A stretch of DNA of 64,000 bases from Eledone cirrhosa (taxonomy: Eukaryota). The stretch lies in assembly GCA_964016885.1 (NCBI GenBank), contig OZ024742.1, forward strand, positions 18,414,001-18,478,000, given 5' to 3'. The translations under genes were made by a program, and so were the position numbers. Below, piece after piece: positions 14,301-28,200 of the stretch; positions within the stretch are counted from its first letter, which is position 1; the number at the start of each line of letters is the position of its first letter. The notes beneath the pieces were generated by a model that made no database searches, was not told where the DNA came from, and was given only the letters and a program-made list of their open reading frames with translations.

Positions 14301-17300
14301 TGCGACTTACTACGTCTCTTGACAGTAGAGACGAAGGGTTACGACTTACTACGTCTCTTGACAGTAGAGCCGAAGGGTTGCGACTTACTACGTCTCTTGA
14401 CAATAGAGACGAAGGGTTGCGACTTACTACGTCTCTTGACAGTAGAGACGAAGGGTTGCGACTTACTACGTTTCTTGACAATAGAGACGAAGGGTTGCGA
14501 CATACTACGTCTCTTGACAGTAGAGACGAAGGGTTGCGACTTACTACGTCTCTTGACAGTAGAGACGAAGGGTTACGACTTACTACGTCTCTTGACAATA
14601 GAGACGAAGGGTTGCGACCTACTACGTCTCTTGACAATAGAGACGAAGGGATGCGACTTACTACGTCTCTTGACAATAGAGACGAAGGGTTGCGACTTAC
14701 TACGTCTCTTGACAATGGAGACGAATGGTTACGACTTACTACGTCTCTTGACAATAGAGACGAAGGGTTGCGACTTACTACGTCTCTTGACAATGGAGAC
14801 GAAGGGTTACGACTTACTACGTCTCTTGACAATAGAGACGAAGGGTTACGACTTACTACGTCTCTTGACAATAGAGACGAAGGGTTACGACTTACTACGT
14901 CTCTTGACAATGGAGACGAAGGGTTGCGACCTACTACGTCTCTTGACAATAGCGACGAAGGGTTGCGACTTACTACGTCTCTTGACAATGGAGACGAAGG
15001 GTTGCGACTTACTACGTCTCTTGTAATGGAGACGAAGGGTTGCGACTTACTACGTCTCTTGACAATGGAGACGAAGGGTTACGACTTACTATGTCTCTTG
15101 ACAATAGAGACGAAGGGTTACGACTTACTACGTCTCTTGACAATAGAGACGAAGGGTTGCGACTTACTACGTCTCTTGACAATAGAGACGAAGGGTTACG
15201 ACTTACTACGTCTCTTGACAATAGAGACGAAGGGTTACGACTTACTACGTCTCTTGTCAATGGAGACGAAGGGTTGCAACTTACTACGTCTCTTGACAGT
15301 AGAGACGAAGGGTTACGACTTACTACGTCTCTTGACAGTAGAGACGAAGGGTCACGACTTACTACGTCTCTTGACAGTAGAGACGAAGGGTTGCGACTTA
15401 CTACGTCTCTTGACAATAGAGACGAAGGGTTGCGACTTACTACGTCTCTTGACAGTAGAGACGAAGGGTTACGACTTACTACGTCTCTTGACAGTAGAGA
15501 CGAAGGGTTGCGACTTACTACGTCTCTTGACAATAGAGTCGAAGGGTTACGACTTACTACGTCTCTTGACAGTAGAGACGAAGGGTTACGACTTACTACG
15601 TCTCTTGACAGTAGAGACGAAGGGTTGCGACTTACTACGTCTCTTGACAGTAGAGACGAAGGGTTGCGACTTACTACGTCTCTTGACAATAGAGACGAAG
15701 GGTTGCGACTTACTACGTCTCTTGACAGTAGAGACGAAGGGTTACGACTTACTACGTCTCTTGACAGTAGAGACGAAGGGTTGCGACTTACTACGTCTCT
15801 TGACAATAGAGACGAAGGGTTGCGACCTACTACGTCTCTTGACAATAGAGACGAAGGGTTACGACTTACTACGTCTCTTGACAGCAGAGACGAAGGGTTA
15901 CGACTTACTACGTCTCTTGACAATAGAGACGAAGGGTTACGACTTACTACGTCTCTTGACAATAGAGACGAAAGTTTACGACTTACTACGTCTCTTGACA
16001 GTAGAGCCGAAGGGTTGCGACTTACTACGTCTCTTGACAATAGAGACGAAGGGTTGCGACCTACTACGTCTCTTGACAATAGAGACGAAGGGTTACGACT
16101 TACTACGTCTCTTGACAGTAGAGACGAAGGGTTGCGACTTACTACGTCTCTTGACAATAGAGACGAAGGGTTGCGACTTACTACGTCTCTTGACAGTAGA
16201 GACGAAGGGTTACGACTTACTACGTCTCTTGACAGTAGAGACGAAGGGTTGCGACTTACTACGTCTCTTGACAATAGAGTCGAATAGTTACGACTTACTA
16301 CGTCTCTTGACAGTAGAGACGAAGGGTTACGACTTACTACGTCTCTTGACAGTAGAGACGAAGGGTTACGACTTACTACGTCTCTTGACAATAGAGACGA
16401 AGGGTTGCGACCTACTACGTCTCTTGACAATAGAGACGAAGGGTTGCGACTTACTACGTCTCTTGACAGTAGAGACGAAGGGTTACGACTTACTACGTCT
16501 CTTTACAATAGAGACGAAGGGTTACGACTTACTACGTCTCTTGACAATAGAGACGAAGGGTTGCGACTTACTACGTCTCTTGACAATGGAGACGAAGGGT
16601 TACGACTTACTACGTCTCTTGACAATAGAGACGAAGGGTTACGACTTACTACGTCTCTTGACAACAGAGACGAAGGGTTACGACTTTCTAAGTCTCTTGA
16701 CAATGGAGACGAAGGGTTGCGACCTACTACGTCTCTTGACAATAGAGACGAAGGGTTGCGACTTACTACGTCTCTTGACAATGGAGACGAAGGGTTGCGA
16801 TTTATTACGTCTCTTGTAATGGAGACGAAGGGTTGCGACTTACTACGTCTCTTGACAATGGAGACGAAGGGTTACGACTTACTACGTCTCTTGACAATAG
16901 AGACGAAGGGTTGCGACTTACTACGTCTCTTGACAATAGAGACGAAGGGTTACGACTTTCTACGTCTCTTGACAATAGAGACGAAGGGTTACGACTTACT
17001 ACGTCTCTTGACAATAGAGACGAAGGGTTGCGACTTACTACGTCTCTTGACAATAGAATCGAAGGGTTACGACTTACTACGTCTCTTGACAGTAGAGACG
17101 AAGGGTTACGACTTACTACGTCTCTTGACAGTAGAGACGAAGGGTTGCGACTTACTACGTCTCTTAACAGTAGAGACGAAGGGTTGCGACTTACTACGTC
17201 TCTTGACAATAGAGACGAAGGGTTGCGACTTACTACGTCTCTTGACAGTAGAGACGAAGGGTTACGACTTACTACGTCTCTTGACAGTAGAGACGAAGGG

Positions 17301-20165
17301 TTGCGACTTACTACGTCTCTTGACAGTAGAGACGAAGGGTTACGACTTACTACGTCTCTTGACAGTAGAGACGAAGGGTTGCGACTTACTACGTCTCTTG
17401 ACAGTAGAGACGAAGGGTTACGACTTACTACGTCTCTTGACAGTAGAGACGAAGGGTTACGACTTACTACGTCTCTTGACAGTAGAGACGAAGGGTTGCG
17501 ACTTACTACGTCTCTTGACAGTAGAGACGAAGGGTTGCGACTTACTACGTCTCTTGACAATAGAGACGAAGGGTTGCGACTTACTACGTCTCTTGACAGT
17601 AGAGACGAAGGGTTACGACTTACTACGTCTCTTGACAGTAGAGACGAAGGGTTGCGACTTACTACGTCTCTTGACAATAGAGACGAAGGGTTGCGACCTA
17701 CTACGTCTCTTGACAATAGAGACGAAGGGTTACGACTTACTACGTCTCTTGACAGCAGAGACGAAGGGTTACGACTTACTACGTCTCTTGACAATAGAGA
17801 CGAAGGGTTACGACTTACTACGTCTCTTGACAATAGAGACGAAAGTTTACGACTTACTACGTCTCTTGACAGTAGAGCCGAAGGGTTGCGACTTACTACG
17901 TCTCTTGACAATAGAGACGAAGGGTTGCGACCTACTACGTCTCTTGACAATAGAGACGAAGGGTTACGACTTACTACGTCTCTTGACAGTAGAGACGAAG
18001 GGTTGCGACTTACTACGTCTCTTGACAATAGAGACGAAGGGTTGCGACTTACTACGTCTCTTGACAGTAGAGACGAAGGGTTACGACTTACTACGTCTCT
18101 TGACAGTAGAGACGAAGGGTTGCGACTTACTACGTCTCTTGACAATAGAGTCGAATAGTTACGACTTACTACGTCTCTTGACAGTAGAGACGAAGGGTTA
18201 CGACTTACTACGTCTCTTGACAGTAGAGACGAAGGGTTACGACTTACTACGTCTCTTGACAATAGAGACGAAGGGTTGCGACCTACTACGTCTCTTGACA
18301 ATAGAGACGAAGGGTTGCGACTTACTACGTCTCTTGACAGTAGAGACGAAGGGTTACGACTTACTACGTCTCTTTACAATAGAGACGAAGGGTTACGACT
18401 TACTACGTCTCTTGACAATAGAGACGAAGGGTTGCGACTTACTACGTCTCTTGACAATGGAGACGAAGGGTTACGACTTACTACGTCTCTTGACAATAGA
18501 GACGAAGGGTTACGACTTACTACGTCTCTTGACAACAGAGACGAAGGGTTACGACTTTCTAAGTCTCTTGACAATGGAGACGAAGGGTTGCGACCTACTA
18601 CGTCTCTTGACAATAGAGACGAAGGGTTGCGACTTACTACGTCTCTTGACAATGGAGACGAAGGGTTGCGATTTATTACGTCTCTTGTAATGGAGACGAA
18701 GGGTTGCGACTTACTACGTCTCTTGACAATGGAGACGAAGGGTTACGACTTACTACGTCTCTTGACAATAGAGACGAAGGGTTGCGACTTACTACGTCTC
18801 TTGACAATAGAGACGAAGGGTTACGACTTTCTACGTCTCTTGACAATAGAGACGAAGGGTTACGACTTACTACGTCTCTTGACAATAGAGACGAAGGGTT
18901 GCGACTTACTACGTCTCTTGACAATAGAATCGAAGGGTTTCGACTTACTACGTCTCTTGACAGTAGAGACGAAGGGTTACGACTTACTACGTCTCTTGAC
19001 AGTAGAGACGAAGGGTTGCGACTTACTACGTCTCTTAACAGTAGAGACGAAGGGTTGCGACTTACTACGTCTCTTGACAATAGAGACGAAGGGTTGCGAC
19101 TTACTACGTCTCTTGACAGTAGAGACGAAGGGTTACGACTTACTACGTCTCTTGACAGTAGAGACGAAGGGTTGCGACTTACTACGTCTCTTGACAGTAG
19201 AGACGAAGGGTTACGACTTACTACGTCTCTTGACAGTAGAGACGAAGGGTTGCGACTTACTACGTCTCTTGACAGTAGAGACGAAGGGTTGCGACTTACT
19301 ACATCTCTTGACAGTAGAGACGAAGTGTTGCGACTTACTACGTCTTTTGACAGTAGAGACGAATGGTTGCAACTTACTACGTCTCTTGTCAATGGAGACG
19401 AAGGGTTACGACTTACTACGTCTCTTGACAATAGAGACGAAGGGTTGTGACTTACTACGTCTCTTGACAATAGAGACGAAGGGTTGTGACTTACTACGTC
19501 TCTTGACAATAGAGACGAAGGGTTGTGACTTACTACGTCTCTTGACAGTAGAGACGAAGGGTTGCGACTTACTACGTCTTTTGACAGTAGTGACGAAGGG
19601 TTGCGACTTACTACGTCTCTTGACAATAGAGACGAAGGGTTGCGACTTACTACGTCTCTTGACAGTAGAGACGAAGGGTTGCGACTTACTACGTCTCTTG
19701 ACAGTAGAGACGAAGGGTTACGACTTACTACGTCTCTTGACAATAGAGACGAAGGGTGGCGACCTACTACGTCTCTTGACAATAGAGACGAAGGGTTGCG
19801 ACTTACTACGTCTCCTGACAATGGAGACGAAGGGTTGCGACTTACTACGTCTCTTGTAATGGAGACGAAGGGTTGCGACTTACTACGTCTCTTGACAATG
19901 GAGACGAAGGGTTACGACTTACTACGTCTTTTGACAGTAGAGACGAAGGGTTGCGACTTACTACGTCTCTTGACAATAGAGACGAAGGTTGCGACTTACT
20001 ACGTCTCTTGACAGTAGAGACGAACGGTTGCGACTTACTACGTCTCTTGACAATAGAGACGAAGGGTTACGACTTACTACGTCTCTTGACAGTAGAGCCG
20101 AAGGGTTGCGACTTACTACGTCTCTTGACAGTAGAGACGAAGGGTTCGAACTTACTACGTCTCTT
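8398..20165. repeat. Near-identical tandem duplication, period 5,884 bp (151 monomers, five 1-bp deletions), junction near 14,281
   Basis: Matching ORFs offset by 5,884: 9128/15012, 10521/16405, 10921/16805, 12792/18676, 13989/19873. TTCGAA variant at 14,261 and 20,145. 151x39-5=5,884. Confidence 0.9.
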
Positions 20166-23100
20166 GATAATAGAGACGAAGGGTTACGACTTACTACGTC
20201 TCTTGACAATAGAGACGAAAGGTTACGACTTACTACGTCTCTTGACAATAGAGACGAAGTTTTACGACTTACTACGTCTCTTGACAGTAGAGCCGAAGGG
20301 TTACGACTTACTACGTCTCTTGACAGTAGAGACGAAGGGTTGCGACTTACTACGTCTCTTGACAATAGAGACGAAGGGTTGCGACTTACTACGTCTCTTG
20401 ACAGTAGAGACGAAGGGTTACGACTTACTACGTCTCTTGACAGTAGAGACGAAGGGTTGCGACTTACTACGTCTCTTGACAATAGAGTCGAAGGGTTACG
20501 ACTTACTACGTCTCTTGACAGTAGAGACGAAGGGTTACGACTTACTACGTCTCTTGACAGTAGAGACGAAGGGTTGCGACTTACTACGTCTCTTGACAGT
20601 AGAGACGAAGGGTTGCGACTTACTACGTCTCTTGACAATAGAGACGAAGGGTTGCGACTTACTACGTCTCTTGACAGTAGAGACGAAGGGTTACGACTTA
20701 CTACGTCTCTTGACAGTAGAGACGAAGGGTTGCGACTTACTACGTCTCTTGACAATAGAGACGAAGGGTTGCGACCTACTACGTCTCTTGACAATAGAGA
20801 CGAAGGGTTACGACTTACTACGTCTCTTGACAGCAGAGACGAAGGGTTACGACTTACTACGTCTCTTGACAATAGAGACGAAGGGTTACGACTTACTACG
20901 TCTCTTGACAATAGAGACGAAAGTTTACGACTTACTACGTCTCTTGACAGTAGAGCCGAAGGGTTGCGACTTACTACGTCTCTTGACAATAGAGACGAAG
21001 GGTTGCGACCTACTACGTCTCTTGACAATAGAGACGAAGGGTTACGACTTACTACGTCTCTTGACAGTAGAGACGAAGGGTTGCGACTTACTACGTCTCT
21101 TGACAATAGAGACGAAGGGTTGCGACTTACTACGTCTCTTGACAGTAGAGACGAAGGGTTACGACTTACTACGTCTCTTGACAGTAGAGACGAAGGGTTG
21201 CGACTTACTACGTCTCTTGACAATAGAGTCGAATAGTTACGACTTACTACGTCTCTTGACAGTAGAGACGAAGGGTTACGACTTACTACGTCTCTTGACA
21301 GTAGAGACGAAGGGTTACGACTTACTACGTCTCTTGACAATAGAGACGAAGGGTTGCGACCTACTACGTCTCTTGACAATAGAGACGAAGGGTTGCGACT
21401 TACTACGTCTCTTGACAGTAGAGACGAAGGGTTACGACTTACTACGTCTCTTTACAATAGAGACGAAGGGTTACGACTTACTACGTCTCTTGACAATAGA
21501 GACGAAGGGTTGCGACTTACTACGTCTCTTGACAATGGAGACGAAGGGTTACGACTTACTACGTCTCTTGACAATAGAGACGAAGGGTTACGACTTACTA
21601 CGTCTCTTGACAACAGAGACGAAGGGTTACGACTTTCTAAGTCTCTTGACAATGGAGACGAAGGGTTGCGACCTACTACGTCTCTTGACAATAGAGACGA
21701 AGGGTTGCGACTTACTACGTCTCTTGACAATGGAGACGAAGGGTTGCGATTTATTACGTCTCTTGTAATGGAGACGAAGGGTTGCGACTTACTACGTCTC
21801 TTGACAATGGAGACGAAGGGTTACGACTTACTACGTCTCTTGACAATAGAGACGAAGGGTTGCGACTTACTACGTCTCTTGACAATAGAGACGAAGGGTT
21901 ACGACTTTCTACGTCTCTTGACAATAGAGACGAAGGGTTACGACTTACTACGTCTCTTGACAATAGAGACGAAGGGTTGCGACTTACTACGTCTCTTGAC
22001 AATAGAATCGAAGGGTTACGACTTACTACGTCTCTTGACAGTAGAGACGAAGGGTTACGACTTACTACGTCTCTTGACAGTAGAGACGAAGGGTTGCGAC
22101 TTACTACGTCTCTTAACAGTAGAGACGAAGGGTTGCGACTTACTACGTCTCTTGACAATAGAGACGAAGGGTTGCGACTTACTACGTCTCTTGACAGTAG
22201 AGACGAAGGGTTACGACTTACTACGTCTCTTGACAGTAGAGACGAAGGGTTGCGACTTACTACGTCTCTTGACAGTAGAGACGAAGGGTTACGACTTACT
22301 ACGTCTCTTGACAGTAGAGACGAAGGGTTGCGACTTACTACGTCTCTTGACAGTAGAGACGAAGGGTTACGACTTACTACGTCTCTTGACAGTAGAGACG
22401 AAGGGTTACGACTTACTACGTCTCTTGACAGTAGAGACGAAGGGTTGCGACTTACTACGTCTCTTGACAGTAGAGACGAAGGGTTGCGACTTACTACGTC
22501 TCTTGACAATAGAGACGAAGGGTTGCGACTTACTACGTCTCTTGACAGTAGAGACGAAGGGTTACGACTTACTACGTCTCTTGACAGTAGAGACGAAGGG
22601 TTGCGACTTACTACGTCTCTTGACAATAGAGACGAAGGGTTGCGACCTACTACGTCTCTTGACAATAGAGACGAAGGGTTACGACTTACTACGTCTCTTG
22701 ACAGCAGAGACGAAGGGTTACGACTTACTACGTCTCTTGACAATAGAGACGAAGGGTTACGACTTACTACGTCTCTTGACAATAGAGACGAAAGTTTACG
22801 ACTTACTACGTCTCTTGACAGTAGAGCCGAAGGGTTGCGACTTACTACGTCTCTTGACAATAGAGACGAAGGGTTGCGACCTACTACGTCTCTTGACAAT
22901 AGAGACGAAGGGTTACGACTTACTACGTCTCTTGACAGTAGAGACGAAGGGTTGCGACTTACTACGTCTCTTGACAATAGAGACGAAGGGTTGCGACTTA
23001 CTACGTCTCTTGACAGTAGAGACGAAGGGTTACGACTTACTACGTCTCTTGACAGTAGAGACGAAGGGTTGCGACTTACTACGTCTCTTGACAATAGAGT

Positions 23101-25252
23101 CGAATAGTTACGACTTACTACGTCTCTTGACAGTAGAGACGAAGGGTTACGACTTACTACGTCTCTTGACAGTAGAGACGAAGGGTTACGACTTACTACG
23201 TCTCTTGACAATAGAGACGAAGGGTTGCGACCTACTACGTCTCTTGACAATAGAGACGAAGGGTTGCGACTTACTACGTCTCTTGACAGTAGAGACGAAG
23301 GGTTACGACTTACTACGTCTCTTTACAATAGAGACGAAGGGTTACGACTTACTACGTCTCTTGACAATAGAGACGAAGGGTTGCGACTTACTACGTCTCT
23401 TGACAATGGAGACGAAGGGTTACGACTTACTACGTCTCTTGACAATAGAGACGAAGGGTTACGACTTACTACGTCTCTTGACAACAGAGACGAAGGGTTA
23501 CGACTTTCTAAGTCTCTTGACAATGGAGACGAAGGGTTGCGACCTACTACGTCTCTTGACAATAGAGACGAAGGGTTGCGACTTACTACGTCTCTTGACA
23601 ATGGAGACGAAGGGTTGCGATTTATTACGTCTCTTGTAATGGAGACGAAGGGTTGCGACTTACTACGTCTCTTGACAATGGAGACGAAGGGTTACGACTT
23701 ACTACGTCTCTTGACAATAGAGACGAAGGGTTGCGACTTACTACGTCTCTTGACAATAGAGACGAAGGGTTACGACTTTCTACGTCTCTTGACAATAGAG
23801 ACGAAGGGTTACGACTTACTACGTCTCTTGACAATAGAGACGAAGGGTTGCGACTTACTACGTCTCTTGACAATAGAATCGAAGGGTTACGACTTACTAC
23901 GTCTCTTGACAGTAGAGACGAAGGGTTACGACTTACTACGTCTCTTGACAGTAGAGACGAAGGGTTGCGACTTACTACGTCTCTTAACAGTAGAGACGAA
24001 GGGTTGCGACTTACTACGTCTCTTGACAATAGAGACGAAGGGTTGCGACTTACTACGTCTCTTGACAGTAGAGACGAAGGGTTACGACTTACTACGTCTC
24101 TTGACAGTAGAGACGAAGGGTTGCGACTTACTACGTCTCTTGACAGTAGAGACGAAGGGTTACGACTTACTACGTCTCTTGACAGTAGAGACGAAGGGTT
24201 GCGACTTACTACGTCTCTTGACAGTAGAGACGAAGGGTTGCGACTTACTACATCTCTTGACAGTAGAGACGAAGTGTTGCGACTTACTACGTCTTTTGAC
24301 AGTAGAGACGAATGGTTGCAACTTACTACGTCTCTTGTCAATGGAGACGAAGGGTTACGACTTACTACGTCTCTTGACAATAGAGACGAAGGGTTGTGAC
24401 TTACTACGTCTCTTGACAATAGAGACGAAGGGTTGTGACTTACTACGTCTCTTGACAATAGAGACGAAGGGTTGTGACTTACTACGTCTCTTGACAGTAG
24501 AGACGAAGGGTTGCGACTTACTACGTCTTTTGACAGTAGTGACGAAGGGTTGCGACTTACTACGTCTCTTGACAATAGAGACGAAGGGTTGCGACTTACT
24601 ACGTCTCTTGACAGTAGAGACGAAGGGTTGCGACTTACTACGTCTCTTGACAGTAGAGACGAAGGGTTACGACTTACTACGTCTCTTGACAATAGAGACG
24701 AAGGGTGGCGACCTACTACGTCTCTTGACAATAGAGACGAAGGGTTGCGACTTACTACGTCTCCTGACAATGGAGACGAAGGGTTGCGACTTACTACGTC
24801 TCTTGTAATGGAGACGAAGGGTTGCGACTTACTACGTCTCTTGACAATGGAGACGAAGGGTTACGACTTACTACGTCTTTTGACAGTAGAGACGAAGGGT
24901 TGCGACTTACTACGTCTCTTGACAATAGAGACGAAGGTTGCGACTTACTACGTCTCTTGACAGTAGAGACGAACGGTTGCGACTTACTACGTCTCTTGAC
25001 AATAGAGACGAAGGGTTACGACTTACTACGTCTCTTGACAGTAGAGCCGAAGGGTTGCGACTTACTACGTCTCTTGACAGTAGAGACGAAGGGTTCGAAC
25101 TTACTACGTCTCTTGATAATAGAGACGAAGGGTTACGACTTACTACGTCTCTTGACAATAGAGACGAAAGGTTACGACTTACTACGTCTCTTGACAATAG
25201 AGACGAAGTTTTACGACTTACTACGTCTCTTGACAGTAGAGCCGAAGGGTTG
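15355..25252. repeat. Near-identical tandem duplication, period 4,949 bp (127 monomers, four deletions), junction near 20,303
   Basis: Matching ORFs offset by 4,949: 16405/21354, 16805/21754, 18676/23625, 19873/24822. 127x39-4=4,949. Confidence 0.88.
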
Positions 25253-28200
25253 CGACTTACTACGTCTCTTGACAATAGAGACGAAGGGTTGTGACTTACT
25301 ACGTCTCTTGACAGTAGAGACGAAGGGTTACGACTTACTACGTCTCTTGACAATAGAGACGAAAGGTTGCGACTTACTACGTCTCTTGACAATGGAGACG
25401 AATGGTTGCGACTTACTACGTCTCTTGTAATGGAGACGAAGGGTTGCGACTTACTACGTCTCTTGACAATGGAGACGAAGGGTTACGACTTACTACGTCT
25501 CTTGACAATAGAGACGAAGGGTTGCGACTTACTACGTCTCTTGACAATAGAGACGAAGGGTTGCGACTTACTACGTCTCTTGACAATAGAGACGAAGGGT
25601 TGCGACTTACTACGTCTCTTGACAGTAGAGACGAAGGGTTACGACTTACTACGTCTCTTGACAATAGAGACGAAGGGTTGCGACTTACTACGTCTCTTGA
25701 CAATAGAGACGAAGGTTTGCGACCTACTACGTCTCTTGACAATAGAGACGAAGGGTTGCGACTTACTACGTCTCTTGACAATAGAGACGAAGGGTTGCGA
25801 CTTACTACGTCTTTTGACAATGGAGACGAAGGGTCACGACTTACTACGTCTCTTGACAATAGAGACGAAGGGTTGCGACTTACTACGTCGCTTGACAATG
25901 GAGACGAAGGGTTACGACTTACTACGTCTCTTGACAATAGAGAGGAAGGGTTACGACTTACTACGTCTCTTGACAATGGAGACGAAGGGTTGCGACCTAC
26001 TACGTCTCTTGACAATAGAGACGAAGGGTTGCGACTTACTACGTCTCTTGACAATGGAGACGAAGGGTTGCGACTTACTACGTCTCTTGTAATGGAGACG
26101 AAGGGTTGCGACTTACTACGTCTCTTGACAATGGAGACGAAGGGTTACGACTTACTACGTCTCTTGACAATAGAGACGAAGGGTTGCGACTAACTACGTC
26201 TCTTGACAGTAGAGACGAAGGGTTACGACTTACTACGTCTCTTGACAGTAGAGACGAAGGGTTGCGACTTACTACGTCTCTTGACAATAGAGTCGAAGGG
26301 TTACGACTTACTACGTCTCTTGACAGTAGAGACGAAGGGTTACGACTTACTACGTCTCTTGACAGTAGAGACGAAGGGTTGCGACTTACTACGTCTCTTG
26401 ACAGTAGAGACGAAGGGTTGCGACTTACTACGTCTCTTGACAATAGAGACGAAGGGTTGCGACTTACTACGTCTCTTGACAGTAGAGACGAAGGGTTACG
26501 ACTTACTACGTCTCTTGACAGTAGAGACGAAGGGTTGCGACTTACTACGTCTCTTGACAATAGAGACGAAGGGTTGCGACCTACTACGTCTCTTGACAAT
26601 AGAGACGAAGGGTTACGACTTACTACGTCTCTTGACAGCAGAGACGAAGGGTTACGACTTACTACGTCTCTTGACAATAGAGACGAAGGGTTACGACTTA
26701 CTACGTCTCTTGACAATAGAGACGAAAGTTTACGACTTACTACGTCTCTTGACAGTAGAGCCGAAGGGTTGCGACTTACTACGTCTCTTGACAATAGAGA
26801 CGAAGGGTTGCGACCTACTACGTCTCTTGACAATAGAGACGAAGGGTTACGACTTACTACGTCTCTTGACAGTAGAGACGAAGGGTTGCGACTTACTACG
26901 TCTCTTGACAATAGAGACGAAGGGTTGCGACTTACTACGTCTCTTGACAGTAGAGACGAAGGGTTACGACTTACTACGTCTCTTGTCAGTAGAGACGAAG
27001 GGTTGCGACTTACTACGTCTCTTGACAATAGAGTCGAATAGTTACGACTTACTACGTCTCTTGACAGTAGAGACGAAGGGTTACGACTTACTACGTCTCT
27101 TGACAGTAGAGACGAAGGGTTACGACTTACTACGTCTCTTGACAATAGAGACGAAGGGTTGCGACCTACTACGTCTCTTGACAATAGAGACGAAGGGTTG
27201 CGACTTACTACGTCTCTTGACAGTAGAGACGAAGGGTTACGACTTACTACGTCTCTTTACAATAGAGACGAAGGGTTACGACTTACTACGTCTCTTGACA
27301 ATAGAGACGAAGGGTTGCGACTTACTACGTCTCTTGACAATGGAGACGAAGGGTTACGACTTACTACGTCTCTTGACAATAGAGACGAAGGGTTACGACT
27401 TACTACGTCTCTTGACAACAGAGACGAAGGGTTACGACTTTCTAAGTCTCTTGACAATGGAGACGAAGGGTTGCGACCTACTACGTCTCTTGACAATAGA
27501 GACGAAGGGTTGCGACTTACTACGTCTCTTGACAATGGAGACGAAGGGTTGCGATTTATTACGTCTCTTGTAATGGAGACGAAGGGTTGCGACTTACTAC
27601 GTCTCTTGACAATGGAGACGAAGGGTTACGACTTACTACGTCTCTTGACAATAGAGACGAAGGGTTGCGACTTACTACGTCTCTTGACAATAGAGACGAA
27701 GGGTTACGACTTTCTACGTCTCTTGACAATAGAGACGAAGGGTTACGACTTACTACGTCTCTTGACAATAGAGACGAAGGGTTGCGACTTACTACGTCTC
27801 TTGACAATAGAATCGAAGGGTTACGACTTACTACGTCTCTTGACAGTAGAGACGAAGGGTTACGACTTACTACGTCTCTTGACAGTAGAGACGAAGGGTT
27901 GCGACTTACTACGTCTCTTAACAGTAGAGACGAAGGGTTGCGACTTACTACGTCTCTTGACAATAGAGACGAAGGGTTGCGACTTACTACGTCTCTTGAC
28001 AGTAGAGACGAAGGGTTACGACTTACTACGTCTCTTGACAGTAGAGACGAAGGGTTGCGACTTACTACGTCTCTTGACAGTAGAGACGAAGGGTTACGAC
28101 TTACTACGTCTCTTGACAGTAGAGACGAAGGGTTGCGACTTACTACGTCTCTTGACAGTAGAGACGAAGGGTTGCGACTTACTACATCTCTTGACAGTAG

